DNA of 46,647 nt, from IMG/VR virus record IMGVR_UViG_3300044454_000146, positions 1-46,647 of that record; one strand, 5' to 3'. The notes beneath the pieces were generated by a model that was given only the letters and a program-made list of their open reading frames with translations, was not told the origin of the DNA and made no database searches. The translations under genes were made by a program, and so were the position numbers. This stretch comes from a virus (Duplodnaviria > Caudoviricetes). This document shows positions 1 through 8,541 of this stretch, piece after piece. Every line of letters starts with the position of its first letter. Within the stretch, counting starts at the first letter, position 1.

Positions 1-402
1 CCAGGTCCGCCCCGCGCAGGTGCGCCCCGAGCAGGTGCGCCCCGATCAGGTCCGCCCCGCGCAGGTTCGCCCCGCCCAGGTCCGCCCCGCCCAGGTCCGC
101 CCCGCGCAGGTTCGCCCCGCCCAGGTTCGCCCCGCCCAGGTTCGCCACGCCCAGGTGCGCCCCGCGCAGGTTCGCCCCGCCCAGGTTCGCCCCGAGCAGG
201 TTCGCCCCGCCCAGGTGCGCCCCGCGCAGGTCCGCCCCGCGCAGGTTCGCCCCGAGCAGGTGCGCCCCGCGCAGGTGCGCCCCGCGCAGGTTCGCCCCGA
301 GCAGGTTCGCCCCGCCCAGGTGCGCCCCGCGCAGGTCCGCCCCGCGCAGGTTCGCCCCGCCCAGGTGCGCCCCGCGCAGGTCCGCCCCGCGCAGGTCCGC
401 CC
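1..402 (-). repeat. 15-bp tandem repeat (~27 units) encoding A[D/N/H]L[R/G/L]G
   Basis: CAGGT recurs every 15 nt from 2 to 392; reverse complement CGC GGG GCG GAC CTG = RGADL. Confidence 0.97.
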
Positions 403-496
403 TTTCGTTGACGCATGCCTCAAGCGCGTCTTTGAGTGACGCCAGATCCTTGCTGACGAGGATCGCGCCGGTGTGACGATGTATAATCTCGATCAC
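1..496 (-). CDS. Pentapeptide-repeat protein, N-terminal part (continues across the junction to 46198)
   Basis: AAAGGAGG SD then GTG at 496: MIEIIHRHTGAILVSKDLASLKDALEACVNERADLRGADLRGAHLGGANL...; 496+302=798 nt in frame after circularisation (~265 aa); absent from the ORF track. Confidence 0.9.
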   Translation of the reverse strand, partial: MIEIIHRHTGAILVSKDLASLKDALEACVNERADLRGADLRGAHLGGANLRGADLRGAHLGGANLLGANLRGAHLRGAHLLGANLRGADLRGAHLGGANLLGANLGGANLRGAHLGVANLGGANLGGANLRGADLGGADLGGANLRGADLIGAHLLGAHLRGADL

Positions 497-499
497 GGA

Positions 500-658
500 T
501 TAGCCTCCTTTGCCGATATATCGCAGGTAGCAGCGCCCACACCAGACCTTCCACGGGCGCTCGTGGTCGTAGATGTCCGCCGGGCGACCGCAGCGGCAGC
601 GCGCCGGCGTGGGAGGGACGGCGAACAGGCGGGAGAGGATGTACTGCAAGAGCGTCAT
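500..658 (-). CDS. Small putative Zn-finger protein (52 aa)
   Basis: Hand translation MTLLQYILSRLFAVPPTPARCRCGRPADIYDHERPWKVWCGRCYLRYIGKGG; CxC...CxxC; fills the operon gap. Confidence 0.65.
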   Translation of the reverse strand: MTLLQYILSRLFAVPPTPARCRCGRPADIYDHERPWKVWCGRCYLRYIGKGG

Positions 659-664
659 CTTTTC

Positions 665-919
665 TCACGCCTCCGGATTGCCACTGAGTCGCGCGGCCGC
701 GTCCCACGCCTGGCAGTAGTCGCGCCCGGAGTACACGCGGAGGGTGACGCCGTGCTCCTCCAGGACGATCAGATCGCGGGCAGCCAGGGCGAGCAGATTG
801 TACTGCACGACGCTGGTGGAGGAGACGCAGGCCGCGGCCATGATCGCGCGGGTGGTCGTGTGGCCGGCTTCGACGGCGGCCAGGATCGCGCGCTGGCGGG
901 GGGTGAGGGGCGGTGGCAT
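665..919 (-). CDS. LexA-like N-terminal winged-HTH protein lacking the S24 peptidase domain
   Basis: LTPRQRAILAAV...SSTSVVQYNLLALAARDLI matches the LexA DNA-binding domain pattern; AAAGGA SD. Confidence 0.75.
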   Translation of the reverse strand: MPPPLTPRQRAILAAVEAGHTTTRAIMAAACVSSTSVVQYNLLALAARDLIVLEEHGVTLRVYSGRDYCQAWDAAARLSGNPEA

Positions 920-937
920 GGGTGTTCCTTTCGTGCG

Positions 938-1159
938 CTAGAACGGGAGGTCACTGGGGTCAATGGTCGTCCGTGTGCCGTCGAGATACTGGAGGATCAT
1001 CTCCGCCAGCTGTCGAGCCGTCGACGCGATCGCATCCACATCGGCGGCATAGGTCGCGCAGCGGCCGCGGCCGTTGTAGTGCCGCGTGATTTCGGTATGC
1101 TTAATCGCAATGGCGGCGACGTTGCGAAGCTGCTGCTCTGGGGTCAGCTTGCCGTTCAT
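938..1159 (-). CDS. Hypothetical protein (73 aa) with SSB-like acidic tail (DLPF)
   Basis: GGAGG SD; ATG overlaps the upstream stop (ATGA); start trimmed from track ORF 938..1447. Confidence 0.7.
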   Translation of the reverse strand: MNGKLTPEQQLRNVAAIAIKHTEITRHYNGRGRCATYAADVDAIASTARQLAEMILQYLDGTRTTIDPSDLPF

Positions 1160-1374
1160 AGCGCCTCCCGGATCGCGTATGCCTGGTCCTTGAGCGCCCG
1201 CGCTTCGTCCATCCGCCCCTGCGCGCGCAGCTCCATGTACAGCGCGGAGAGGGCGATGATCTGCGCTTCCGGCCCGAGCTCGCCATTGAGCGCGGCGATC
1301 TGGATGTGCGCCTGACTGGCCTGCCAGCGCTGGAGGTCGAGCTGGTCGTGGACGATGCGCTGGTTCTTGGTCAT
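1156..1374 (-). CDS. Hypothetical protein, first gene of the leftward operon
   Basis: AGAGGA SD, directly downstream of the leftward promoter. Confidence 0.7.
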   Translation of the reverse strand: MTKNQRIVHDQLDLQRWQASQAHIQIAALNGELGPEAQIIALSALYMELRAQGRMDEARALKDQAYAIREAL

Positions 1375-1415
1375 GATGGTCCTCTACGTATACTGTTGTA
1401 ACGTCTTGTAACACC

Positions 1416-1443
1416 ATTATACACCCTGTGCCATCGAAGTCAA
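1416..1443 (-). promoter_or_regulatory. Leftward sigma70-type promoter
   Basis: Minus strand TTGACT-N16-TATAAT in an AT-rich intergenic region. Confidence 0.75.
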
Positions 1444-1481
1444 GCATTTATGACAATATTGTAATGTAATTGCGAAACTCA

Positions 1482-1510
1482 TTGACACATGATGTTACGG
1501 GGCGTATACT
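1482..1510 (+). promoter_or_regulatory. Rightward sigma70-type promoter
   Basis: TTGACA-N17-TATACT upstream of the HTH_17 gene. Confidence 0.85.
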
Positions 1511-1545
1511 CAGGTGGTCATTATTGACGAGTAAGCGAGGAGGCC

Positions 1546-1785
1546 ATGCCAGAAGAGTTTTACACGGTCGAGGAGTCCGCGAAGATTCTTCGTGTCAGTC
1601 GGAAAACAGTCTATGACTGGATGCGCGCTGGCCGGCTCCCGTATGTGCAGGCAGGACTGCGGAAGCGGCTCATTCCGAAAGAGGCGTTAAATCAATTCAA
1701 GCGCACATGGGGGGTCGGGCTGGATGTTGACCGCGATAGTACAATACCTGATGACATACAAATCCCCAGCCTCGCCGCTGCGTAA
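1546..1785 (+). CDS. HTH_17 (MerR-like/excisionase family) DNA-binding protein
   Basis: FYTVEESAKILRVSRKTVYDWMRAGRLP...RLIPKEAL signature; GAGGAGG SD. Confidence 0.9.
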   Translation: MPEEFYTVEESAKILRVSRKTVYDWMRAGRLPYVQAGLRKRLIPKEALNQFKRTWGVGLDVDRDSTIPDDIQIPSLAAA

Positions 1786-1812
1786 CGTGCTAGCGGAGCT
1801 GGGGATTTGTAT
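1756..1812. terminator. Long hairpin (perfect 15-bp inverted repeat) across the HTH_17 stop codon
   Basis: ATACAAATCCCCAGC (1756-1770) / GCTGGGGATTTGTAT (1798-1812), followed by TTG; lies between convergent genes. Confidence 0.6.
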
Positions 1813-1961
1813 TTGTGCGGTTCGCTGCCCTACTGCCAGGAAGACCAGCGAGCCCGCTATGCCGCGCGCCTTCTCGCTCTCGCACGATCCAGCACGTTGA
1901 CAATTTGGGAACAGGGGGACGGTCCCCCACTCGGCCACGTCGCCAGAGTTTTGATCACGCC

Positions 1962-2495
1962 TTACAGGCCGCTGAGCGAGACCTGAAGCAATTCGAGCGC
2001 GCGCACGCACTGATCCAGTTCGGCGTTCAGCGCCTGGACCGACGCGGCGCCGAGCGCGTCCACGTCCGGCAGTTTGCCGACCGTGCGCGCGCACCCATCG
2101 GTCGCCGTCTTCGCGCGTTCGCTCAGCGGGCCGAAGCGATCCGGCAGCGGCGTCCGCTGAATCGTCTGTTTTCCGCCGGTGATGATCACTGCGGCCGCCC
2201 TGACCTTGCCCTTCCAAGCAAGATCCGCGCGGATCGCCTGCCCGAGCGTCTGCAACTCCCGCGCCGCGGTGATCATCGACGCGGTACGGGTCGTCCAGGT
2301 TTGCACCGTCGCACGCTCGCTATCCGTCAGCGTCGGCTCGGGCGCAATCGTTGCCATCTCCTGTGCCGCAATCGGCCGCGTCGGGACAGCCGGCGGCGGA
2401 GGGCTGAGCAGATGCCATGGCCGCCAGCCCAGGACCAGCGCAAAGATCAGCAGTAGGACGGCTGCGAACGCCGCCAGGCGAACCATCCGTTGCAT
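1962..2495 (-). CDS. Membrane-anchored/exported helical protein beside attP
   Basis: GGAGGAG SD before ATG 2495; N-terminal hydrophobic segment, Pro-rich linker, two Cys. Confidence 0.75.
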   Translation of the reverse strand: MQRMVRLAAFAAVLLLIFALVLGWRPWHLLSPPPPAVPTRPIAAQEMATIAPEPTLTDSERATVQTWTTRTASMITAARELQTLGQAIRADLAWKGKVRAAAVIITGGKQTIQRTPLPDRFGPLSERAKTATDGCARTVGKLPDVDALGAASVQALNAELDQCVRALELLQVSLSGL

Positions 2496-2836
2496 AGCTC
2501 CTCCGTGGTGCAATGATACGCGTGAGAGGAGTGTACCCGAAGTATTGCCGGATGTGCCATACCCCGTGCGCCGGATCTGACTCACGAAACCGGATAGAAT
2601 GGCGCGCTGAGCGCCATTCTACGGATCGACCCTACCTGGGTATCGGGATCGACCCAAAATCAAGCGGAATCGAACGCGCACGCAGCCACAGGGCACGCGC
2701 GCGGGGCTCCTGATTGTCCAGAGCGGGGCACGAACCATGCCCACGATGGGTGGGCCGCATGGACGGCGTGCTGGCCGGGCAGCTCTGGGGCGGGAAGGTC
2801 GCTTCTCACCCCGGACGCATCAGGAACCGCTGATTG

Positions 2837-2855
2837 TGGAGCGGGAGACGGGGTT
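2837..2855 (-). other. attP core matching the 3' end of tRNA-Gly
   Basis: Minus strand AACCCCGTCTCCCGCTCCA resembles a tRNA-Gly T-stem, acceptor stem and CCA; ~30 bp downstream of the integrase stop. Confidence 0.75.
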
Positions 2856-2883
2856 TAGCTCCCAGAGCGGCAAGATTGCGATT

Positions 2884-3810
2884 CTACGCCAGCCGATCGG
2901 GGAGTTTGCGCACGGCCGCGTGCTGATCGGCGCTGTCGAGGTGCAAATACTTCTCGGTGGTGCGAATGTCGGCGTGCCCGAGCTGACGCTGGATCTCGTG
3001 GATATTCGCGCCGGATTTGAGCATACTGGTCGCACAGGTGTGGCGGAGCTTGTGCGCGCTGGTCGTGAGGCCGTTGTCTTTCAGCCAGCGATCGAACACG
3101 TGGCCGATCGTCTTGTGGCTGATGCACCGCCCGTCCGGATGGCCGGCCAGCGCGCCGCGCCGCGCTTTCGGCGGCGTCGTCTCCAGCTCGCGCACGACGC
3201 GCGGGTGGAGCGCCACGATCCGCTCATGCCCGCCCTTGGCCGCGTCTTCGCCGACGATCAGCGTCGCTTCTGTCAGATCCACATCTTCCCATGTCGCCAT
3301 GCTCACCTCGGTGCGCCGCAGCCCGGCATACAGCAGCAGCAGCACGATCCGGGTGTTGCGCCGCCAGATGCGCCCGGCGCGGTTGTCCAGCACGGGCGGC
3401 GGACGGTCTAGGATCGCCTCCAGCTGCCGCAGCTCATCGGTCTTGAGGACGCGCGGCAGCTTCTTCCGTTTCTTGGGCCAGCTGATCTTGAGCGTCGGAT
3501 CGTCGTTTCTCAGCCCTGCGTCCAGACACCAGCGGCAATAGCTCCGCATGGCCGAGAGCCGCTTGCTCATGGTGGCTGCCGCCAGGTGCGCGTGACTGGC
3601 CTGGTAGCGGCCGAGCGATGCGGGCGTGATGTCGGCGACGCTCGCATCTGCCCCCAGCCACGTTTTGAACAACCGCACCGATCGGGCGTAGGTCACGACC
3701 GAGCGCGGCCGCATCTTGCGCCCACCAAGCGCTCGTGCGTAGCTGTCCAGCGTATCGCCGATAGGCGGCGATGCGACCCATACCCCGACGGATAGCTGCG
3801 TTGCGTGCAT
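2884..3810 (-). CDS. int: Tyrosine recombinase/integrase
   Basis: GLRRTE (R), AKGG (K), HKLRH, LGH, TTEKY (Y) catalytic set; GAGGAGG SD. Confidence 0.95.
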   Translation of the reverse strand: MHATQLSVGVWVASPPIGDTLDSYARALGGRKMRPRSVVTYARSVRLFKTWLGADASVADITPASLGRYQASHAHLAAATMSKRLSAMRSYCRWCLDAGLRNDDPTLKISWPKKRKKLPRVLKTDELRQLEAILDRPPPVLDNRAGRIWRRNTRIVLLLLYAGLRRTEVSMATWEDVDLTEATLIVGEDAAKGGHERIVALHPRVVRELETTPPKARRGALAGHPDGRCISHKTIGHVFDRWLKDNGLTTSAHKLRHTCATSMLKSGANIHEIQRQLGHADIRTTEKYLHLDSADQHAAVRKLPDRLA

Positions 3811-3884
3811 GGATACCTCCTCACGATCACACGAAATCCATGCCGTTTTACCGTTTCTTAACCTCAGTCGTATACGCCTGCATC

Positions 3885-3894
3885 ACTGTAGCAC
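3885..3894 (-). promoter_or_regulatory. Putative extended -10 promoter for int
   Basis: GTGCTACAGT on the minus strand; same motif at 4457-4466 and 45519-45528. Confidence 0.45.
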
Positions 3895-3908
3895 GGAAAG
3901 GAGGATGT

Positions 3909-4118
3909 GTGATAGGCAACCTTGCCCGGCGCTCGGCCGCGGGGCCGGCGCTCATCTGTGCCGCACTGGGATTTGTCGCCGTGTACGCGCTTATCCGTGC
4001 GCTCCGCCAGGCCATCCGGGAGAGCTACGACGACGGGAGGATGGCCGGCTTTATCGCCGGCGCCGCACACCATGCGCAATCGTATACGCGATCTGTATCG
4101 CGCGATCGAGCGGACTGA
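3909..4118 (+). CDS. Small single-TM protein
   Basis: AAAGGAGG SD, GTG start, hydrophobic ALICAALGFVAVYALI. Confidence 0.55.
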   Translation: MIGNLARRSAAGPALICAALGFVAVYALIRALRQAIRESYDDGRMAGFIAGAAHHAQSYTRSVSRDRAD

Positions 4119-4317
4119 AGGTCACGCCGCGACCCTGAGCGCCCTGCTGTCCGCGAGAAGGGCCGGCTATCAGAACGCGCGCGGTGATGCCCTTCTCAGG
4201 GCGCACCTGGAGTCGGAGATTGCCTACTACGTCGCGCGCCAGGCCGACGTTTTGGCCGAGCGCGATGCCTTACGCCAGCAGCTGATGAACGAACGGAAGG
4301 CGGGTAATGTCGAATGA
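4072..4317 (+). CDS. Hypothetical coiled-coil protein
   Basis: MRNRIRDLYRAIERTEG...; helical composition; start uncertain. Confidence 0.5.
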   Translation: MRNRIRDLYRAIERTEGHAATLSALLSARRAGYQNARGDALLRAHLESEIAYYVARQADVLAERDALRQQLMNERKAGNVE

Positions 4318-4350
4318 AGTGGTAAATCTCAGGTCTCAGGGGAAATGGGC

Positions 4351-4405
4351 GGGCCGTACCCCCCTCTTATCCCCCCTCCAGGGGGGACGGTGAGGGGTAC
4401 GGCCC
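4351..4405. other. Strong GC-rich stem-loop
   Basis: GGGCCGTACCCC/GGGGTACGGCCC 12-bp outer stem with inner TCCCCCC/GGGGGGA stem. Confidence 0.7.
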
Positions 4406-4480
4406 CGGGAACGAACGGCCGCGCGGCGGGCGGTAATGGCGCCGCGCGTATGCCCCATTGTAGCACAAAAGGAACGAACG

Positions 4481-4858
4481 ATGCACACGATTCTGCTCGC
4501 TCCGGTCTTTGAGGATCGGCGCCCCACCCCCGACAGTCTGATCTGGCGCGTGACGCTTCCGGAGATCCAGGCCTTTCGGCTGCTCTGCGACATCGGCCAC
4601 CTCTATGTGTCGAGTGCGCAGCGCCCGCGCGTGGGCGCGATGCTGGAAGCGGACGGCCGTTTCACGATCTACCTCTGGCCAAAGGCCACGCCGGACAGCC
4701 GGCTGCTCCTCACCATGCTTGACTATGGCGCCGCGCGCCTGGCGGATAGTAGCCGCTGGGCGGGGCAGGCCTGGATCACGGGCGATCTGCTCTACAAGGT
4801 GCTGGCGACACTCGCGCAGCGGCGGTACGCGGCGCAGCTTGCGAAGGTGCAGCCATGA
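4481..4858 (+). CDS. Hypothetical protein
   Basis: AAAAGGA SD before ATG 4481; ATGA overlap with the next gene. Confidence 0.7.
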   Translation: MHTILLAPVFEDRRPTPDSLIWRVTLPEIQAFRLLCDIGHLYVSSAQRPRVGAMLEADGRFTIYLWPKATPDSRLLLTMLDYGAARLADSSRWAGQAWITGDLLYKVLATLAQRRYAAQLAKVQP

Positions 4859-5115
4859 GCGCGAGCGCCACCAACCTCAGATTGAAAGAGACCAGCGCGA
4901 ATGAGCTGGCCTGGCTGCTGCGGAGCGCGCGGATCTTCCTGGCCAGCGAGCGCCCGCGCGTCTGCGTGGACTGCGGCCATCTGTTCACGCTGCCGAGCCT
5001 GATGAGCGGCCGGCGCTGCCTGCGCTGCGGGGTGGTCGCGAGCGACCCGCCCGAGATCGGCGATAACCCTGACATCGACAGCACGCCCGAGACGGAAGGC
5101 CCAAGCCCACTCTAA
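4855..5115 (+). CDS. Zn-ribbon protein
   Basis: CVDCGH...CLRCG; coupled start. Confidence 0.65.
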   Translation: MSASATNLRLKETSANELAWLLRSARIFLASERPRVCVDCGHLFTLPSLMSGRRCLRCGVVASDPPEIGDNPDIDSTPETEGPSPL

Positions 5116-5213
5116 GGCGCGCCCCGACCGCGCGCCCATGCCTCTGCCGGCCCGCTCCGCGTTCGCGCGGGCGGCGGGGGTGTCGCGTTTGCAGCTGACC
5201 AAAGGAATCGCAG

Positions 5214-6146
5214 ATGAGTATCAAGACCATGATGCGCGTCTGGGAACATTCCCAGATGCGCGGGGCCGCCCGCTGTTTGCTGCTGGCGCTGGCCGACTTT
5301 GCGAATGATGATGGGATCTGCTGGCCGGGGACCGCGAATCTGGCGGCCAAGATCCGCGAGTCGGACGACTACACCGCCACGCTGATCAAAAAGTGCATCG
5401 ACGCCGGCGAACTGGCGCACGCAGCGGGGCGCGGACGGGGCCATAAAACGCGCTTCGCGGTCCTCTGTGGGCTTGATACCAAAGCGCAGAACCACCTAAA
5501 AGGGGCACTACAAAAGGGGTATTCTAGTACCCCTTTTACAAAAGGGGTATCCCAGTCACCCTTTTCCGAGAAAAGGGGTACTACAAAAGGGGTATTGGAG
5601 TCTGGAAAAAGGGGTACATTTCCGGACACAAAACATCCACTGTTTACGGCAGCAGAACGCGGCGAAACGACGATCGACGAAAAACTGATCCATCATGATC
5701 CCGGTGATCATGATCATACACATGAGAGATCAGTACCAACATCACCACCAACGCGCGCGCCCGAACGAACCGGTGGTGATGGTGATGGACGCACGCTGGC
5801 GTTTTTAGAATCCGAGGGCATCGGAGCCGCGAGCGAGTTCGCCCACCTGCCCTATGAGGCGACGCGCCGTGATTACGCAGCGCGAATCGCAGCAGGCCAG
5901 ACCAGGGCCATTATTGTGAAGGCGTGGCGGCGTGACCCGCCAACCGAGGAGTCTGATTATGGACGACGATCCCTTCAAGGGGACCATGCGCCGAATCGAC
6001 CCGGCCGATCTGCCGTGGCCGCACCGCGCCGGTCCAGCGACAATCCCACCGGCGGACTCGCGCTCCGCGACCCGACCTACTACGAGCGCGAGCTTGCCAA
6101 GCTGGGCGCCGCCTCCGAAGAGCCCACCGAACTGCCCGATCTGTAA
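5214..6146 (+). CDS. Phage replication initiator (N-terminal HTH_36-like winged helix)
   Basis: MSIKTMMRVW...LLLALADFANDDGICWPG motif; internal iterons; followed by a DnaC-like gene. Confidence 0.88.
   Translation: MSIKTMMRVWEHSQMRGAARCLLLALADFANDDGICWPGTANLAAKIRESDDYTATLIKKCIDAGELAHAAGRGRGHKTRFAVLCGLDTKAQNHLKGALQKGYSSTPFTKGVSQSPFSEKRGTTKGVLESGKRGTFPDTKHPLFTAAERGETTIDEKLIHHDPGDHDHTHERSVPTSPPTRAPERTGGDGDGRTLAFLESEGIGAASEFAHLPYEATRRDYAARIAAGQTRAIIVKAWRRDPPTEESDYGRRSLQGDHAPNRPGRSAVAAPRRSSDNPTGGLALRDPTYYERELAKLGAASEEPTELPDL
5497..5618. repeat. Iteron cluster, probable replication origin
   Basis: AAAAGGGGTA at 5512, 5540, 5571, 5585, 5607, a degenerate copy at 5498 and an inverted copy TACCCCTTTT at 5528; locally AT-rich. 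Confidence 0.85.
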
Positions 6147-6864
6147 CGACGTGGGCTACTATGTGCTGCGGGTGGAGCATGGCCATCCGCAGTTCGCGAA
6201 GCTCCAGAAGTGTACGTGCGCGGCCTACACGCGCCAGATCGCCGGCGTGACGCAGCGGCTCGGTGACGAGCTGGGCGCACTGGCCGATCGGACGTTTGCC
6301 AGCTTCGACCTGGAGCGACCGCTGACGCCGATCACGTGGATGGGCCAGCAGCTGGGCGTGCAGGCGCAGCGCACGGCGCTAGAAATGGCGAAGTGCCGCG
6401 CAATGGCATGGGCCGCGGATCCGCGCGGCTGGCTGTATCTGCACGGCGCGTTCGGGGCCGGCAAGTCGCATCTCGCGGCGGCGATCGCCAACGCGTTAGA
6501 AGGGCGCGGCGTCGCGCGCTTCCTGCCCATCGGCAAGCTTTTGGACACCTTGACGATGACCATCCGCGACGGCTCGACCGACCGGCTGCTGAGCGAGCTG
6601 ATCGACTGCGATGTGCTGATTCTCGACGAGCTCGCCGCCAGCCATCTGGCGGAGGCGGCCAGCGACTGGCGCTTCGGGCGGATCGAGCGGATCGTGAACG
6701 AGCGGCTGAACAAACCGACCGTGATCACCGCGAACGTCGCGCCGGATGACCTGGCGCTGCCCGGCGACGTGCGGGCCGAGCGGGTGGTCGATCGGATCAT
6801 CGGCGTTAGTCAGCTGATCTGGATGCCCGTCGCGAGCTACCGCAGAATCGCGGTGGTGTCGTGA
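5959..6864 (+). CDS. DnaC/IstB-like AAA+ helicase loader
   Basis: CPIC...CTC Zn site, Walker A GAFGAGKS, Walker B LILDEL, VITAN; GAGGAG SD before ATG 5959. Confidence 0.92.
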   Translation: MDDDPFKGTMRRIDPADLPWPHRAGPATIPPADSRSATRPTTSASLPSWAPPPKSPPNCPICNDVGYYVLRVEHGHPQFAKLQKCTCAAYTRQIAGVTQRLGDELGALADRTFASFDLERPLTPITWMGQQLGVQAQRTALEMAKCRAMAWAADPRGWLYLHGAFGAGKSHLAAAIANALEGRGVARFLPIGKLLDTLTMTIRDGSTDRLLSELIDCDVLILDELAASHLAEAASDWRFGRIERIVNERLNKPTVITANVAPDDLALPGDVRAERVVDRIIGVSQLIWMPVASYRRIAVVS

Positions 6865-6980
6865 CGGCGATCTACCGCGGCGAGATCGTGCGTGTGTATG
6901 GGACCAAAGGCGATCGCACCCAGATCGCCACCCGCCGCGGCCTGCGCTGGGTGCGGACCAGCGACCTGGAGGCCATATGA
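6861..6980 (+). CDS. Small protein (39 aa)
   Basis: GTGA overlap upstream and ATGA overlap downstream; MTAIYRGEIVRVYGTKGDRTQIATRRGLRWVRTSDLEAI. Confidence 0.55.
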   Translation: MTAIYRGEIVRVYGTKGDRTQIATRRGLRWVRTSDLEAI

Positions 6981-7060
6981 AGGGGCTGCTCCTCGATATC
7001 GGCCTGATCGCCACGCTGCTGCTGCTGCTCAGCGTGATCGCCTACGAGGTGCTCAGATAA
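6977..7060 (+). CDS. 27-aa hydrophobic membrane peptide
   Basis: GGAGG SD; MKGLLLDIGLIATLLLLLSVIAYEVLR. Confidence 0.55.
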   Translation: MKGLLLDIGLIATLLLLLSVIAYEVLR

Positions 7061-7096
7061 CCACCGACCAATCGGCAGATATAACGACAGGAGGCT

Positions 7097-8028
<932 letters not shown>

Positions 8029-8032
<4 letters not shown>

Positions 8033-8541
8033 CGCAGGAGGCAATCAGCGAAGCCCCGCGTACGATGTGGCGCCGGCGATTGCAGCAGCGCCGCTGCCTG
8101 GTCTGTGGCGCGCGGCAGCTGGTCAACCAGCAGACGAGCTACTTCTGCGCATCTCACATCGCTACGCACCGCTACTGCACGCTGTGCGAGACGCTGCGAT
8201 CGGCCGAGGAGCACGGCCGGGATAGCCGGTGTCGGGCGTGCGCGACGAACCGCGCGCTGATGGCCTATCACGCCGATCCCGATCGCACACTGTATCGCAT
8301 CCGGCTGAAGCAGATGGCCCAGCGGAAGGCCACGCGCGGCGACCAGCTGTTCGCGAGCGTCCGGCGGCGGATCGCGCTGGCCGATCTGGTGCGCGCCACG
8401 CCCGGCATGAGCTGGCCGCAGCGCGCGGCGATCGTTCTGGGCAATCCGACGTGGCTGGCGGATGCATGGCGGAAGCAGGTGCGCGGGGATGTGCGCGACC
8501 CGGATATGGCGGACAGGGCAAAGCAACGGAGGAACGAATGA
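8029..8541 (+). CDS. Cys-rich Zn-finger protein
   Basis: AAGGAG SD, ATGA overlap; CLVC, CASH, CTLC, CRAC. Confidence 0.75.

Noticed and set aside
1-402. CRISPR array or terminal telomere-like repeat
   Set aside because: Contiguous 15-bp units with no spacers; explained as pentapeptide coding sequence, and the end overlap is consistent with assembly circularity
20-439. Track ORFs 20..439 (+, QVRPA) and 46..423 (-, GRTCA)
   Set aside because: Shadow frames of the repeat; the ADLRG frame has an SD and recognisable N- and C-terminal domains
2790-2860. Complete tRNA gene
   Set aside because: Only ~19 nt of 3' end; no D-arm or anticodon arm, so treated as att core
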